Assembly (NCBI GenBank): GCA_965203295.1
Contig: CBDBCZ010000014.1
Location: 384,001 to 448,000 of the forward strand
Direction: 5' to 3'
Length of the DNA stretch: 64,000 bases
From: Nitrospirales bacterium
GTDB lineage: Bacteria; Nitrospirota; Nitrospiria; Nitrospirales; UBA8639
Shown: positions 23,927 to 64,000 of the stretch, piece after piece
How the letters are laid out: each line of letters opens with the position of its first letter
How positions within the stretch are numbered: the stretch's first letter is position 1
Notes under the pieces: model-generated
What the model was told of the DNA's origin: nothing
The model's database searches: none
The model's input: the letters and a program-made list of their open reading frames with translations, nothing else
Made by a program: the position numbers and the translations under genes

Positions 23927-24179
23927 GCCTTACGAGACTACTAGCTGTTTCCAAAGCCTTGGACTCCTGTCACGAACCCTGAGTTAACCCGAGCTTATAA
24001 GACCAGGGTCCCACACACGAGAACTAAAACTTCTCTAATTAATTAGCAAATTTTCTAGGTCTGTTTCCAGGCTTCTGCCAAGTTCATGCTTCTTGAGAAA
24101 GTGGTCGCTGAATGAGACCCACAAATTAAATTACTTTACAGTAACCCTCACTTTCTGCAGATCTTCACCCGCTAAAGTA

Positions 24180-24578
24180 GGAGCTCAGATTCCCAGCAAG
24201 CCGAGCAGCAAGCACCACGTGTTTAGTATTAATTTCGCCTCAGCTCCGCCTATTTTTCGAATATTAAATTTTAGCGATAGCGTTCGCGTTCGCGTTCAGC
24301 GCGCGTCTCGCAACTACGATGTCTTGGCCATAGATAACACTATAGCTCCGTAATGGAGGTATATATATTATTTAGAAGCTATAAAAGCTATAAAAGTACA
24401 AACAACCTTTTTAGCTATCAGCGCTACGTGTATCGAAAGCAGGGCGGGGCTAAGCTAGAGGTGGGGCTTTCATGATTATGAATACGATAATAACTACTGA
24501 ACGTATATTTACTGGCTGCAAAGGTCTTGCAACAGTTTAGTATTCGCTAGCGCTACTGCATTCCTGTAGTCTTCCGAG
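24180..24578 (+). promoter_or_regulatory. CpG-rich putative promoter of the NIDO/EGF/SRCR gene
   Basis: Local CpG enrichment against a depleted background, tandem gctataaaa at about 24378-24395, and GC box gggcggggc at about 24442. Confidence 0.35.
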
Positions 24579-62991
<38,413 letters not shown>

Positions 62992-63037
62992 GTACGTACC
63001 TGTACATACAGAGTAGAAGGAGAAGGGCCCACTATGT

Positions 63038-63200
63038 TAAGGTTAGAGACCAGATGTGAGTTGCTACGAGGTTTTAGAAACCAGGGGGAGGGACGAGAAT
63101 GATGCAATAGATAGAGACTGAGGCAAACTATTGCATCATTCTCGCCCCGACCCGAGGCTTCAAAACAGAGTAGTGGCTCACATCGGTCTCTAACCATCTT
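63038..63200. repeat. Imperfect long palindrome (Crypton-like hairpin style)
   Basis: ggttagagacc.gatgtgag...cgagaatgatgcaatag / ctattgcatcattctcg...ctcacatcggtctctaacc. Confidence 0.7.
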
Positions 63201-63764
63201 AGGGTATGTAGCAGGGTAGAGAATGGAGCAGTCCATCTATCCTTGCTAGTCTGTGGGGTCCACTGACATGGCTGCTGATCAAGACAAGCATCCAGAACTG
63301 CCTCAAGGTTTTGCAATTGTCGTTTCTTGCTGTTTGTGCCGCTGCCTAAGGTTGTCTTACCTACGGATGTGTCGTTTTCGTGCCCCAGTCCTCGGTAAAC
63401 ATTGTGAGGACTTGAAAATGGTCATATAATCAGTAAACAGCAACAAAGTCAGTACTTACCCACTCCATTAGCTTTTTACCTGTTGTGTATAGGCCTACGG
63501 CTTTGTGTATGAATAGTAAGCTCATGTAGTAGAAGGTTCTGTAAGCTTTTACTGGTGCGTATAATAGCTATTGCACACACAGTAGCCTCATTACTAATTC
63601 AGCATGAACGTGTATGACATGTTCCAAACCACAGGTCACTAAGTTGCTACTTGCAGATCTCTAAGTAGCAATTTATATGACATACTACATGTACTTAGTG
63701 ACCTGCGCACTTCGATCACCTCTATGGGCTTATTACAATTATTCATTTCATACTCTGAACATAG

Positions 63765-64000
63765 TATCCTAGATTACTACTAGACAGTGAGTGGGAAGTG
63801 AAGCTGTGTAGGGGTAGGCAGAGGAAGACCTGGAGGAAAGTAATTAGGGAATTGTTGCTGCAGTTAAATCTAGACAGTCAGGAAATACTAGCTGAAGATT
63901 ATAATGTAAACTTGTTTTTAGAGAGAGTAGATGAAGCATTGAGATACAGAGAATATAAAGAGTTTAATGATGGCTTAAATGGTAAAGTTAAACTTAGTCT
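63765..64000 (+). mobile_element. Probable 5'-truncated non-LTR retrotransposon ORF2 C-terminal fragment
   Basis: Open frame YPRLLLDSEWEVKLCRGRQRKTWRKVIRELLLQLNLDSQEILAEDYNVNLFLERVDEALRYREYKEFNDGLNGKVKLS. The RGRQRKTW motif is typical of the post-RT region of LINEs. Confidence 0.55.

Overview
This is eukaryotic animal DNA, CpG-depleted with GT-AG introns. The domain content suggests a demosponge, which is an inference. The host gene is a + strand gene of at least 26 exons (24579 to beyond 62991). It encodes a secreted or surface protein: signal peptide, NIDO, 4 EGF, 3 SRCR, 2 EGF, 3 SRCR, 4 EGF, then SRCR continuing past the window. Intron 21 holds a full-length 7.1-kb AcademH-type DNA transposon (50015-57099) with about 88-bp TIRs, TAG...CTA ends and a perfect 9-bp TSD. 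It carries an open RecQ-like helicase gene and a convergent, disabled Academ transposase that is itself split by a 1.1-kb foldback element. Several non-autonomous TAG...CTA relatives lie elsewhere in the window. The first 7.7 kb is a nested mobile complex. A Tc1-type (DD34E) element carrying a spliced BEN-domain gene is inserted into a Cys/His-rich ORF. That ORF may belong to a second, unclassified element encoding a B-box-RecQ helicase and ending in four tandem palindromes. The rest is dense with MITEs (Tc2/pogo-like with a HIRAN-like remnant, hAT-like, P-like, HINE-like, TSD-less hairpin elements), a Penelope remnant with a hammerhead ribozyme, Gypsy and LINE fragments, and a 169-bp satellite. 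All family calls come from motif recognition by eye; no database search was run.
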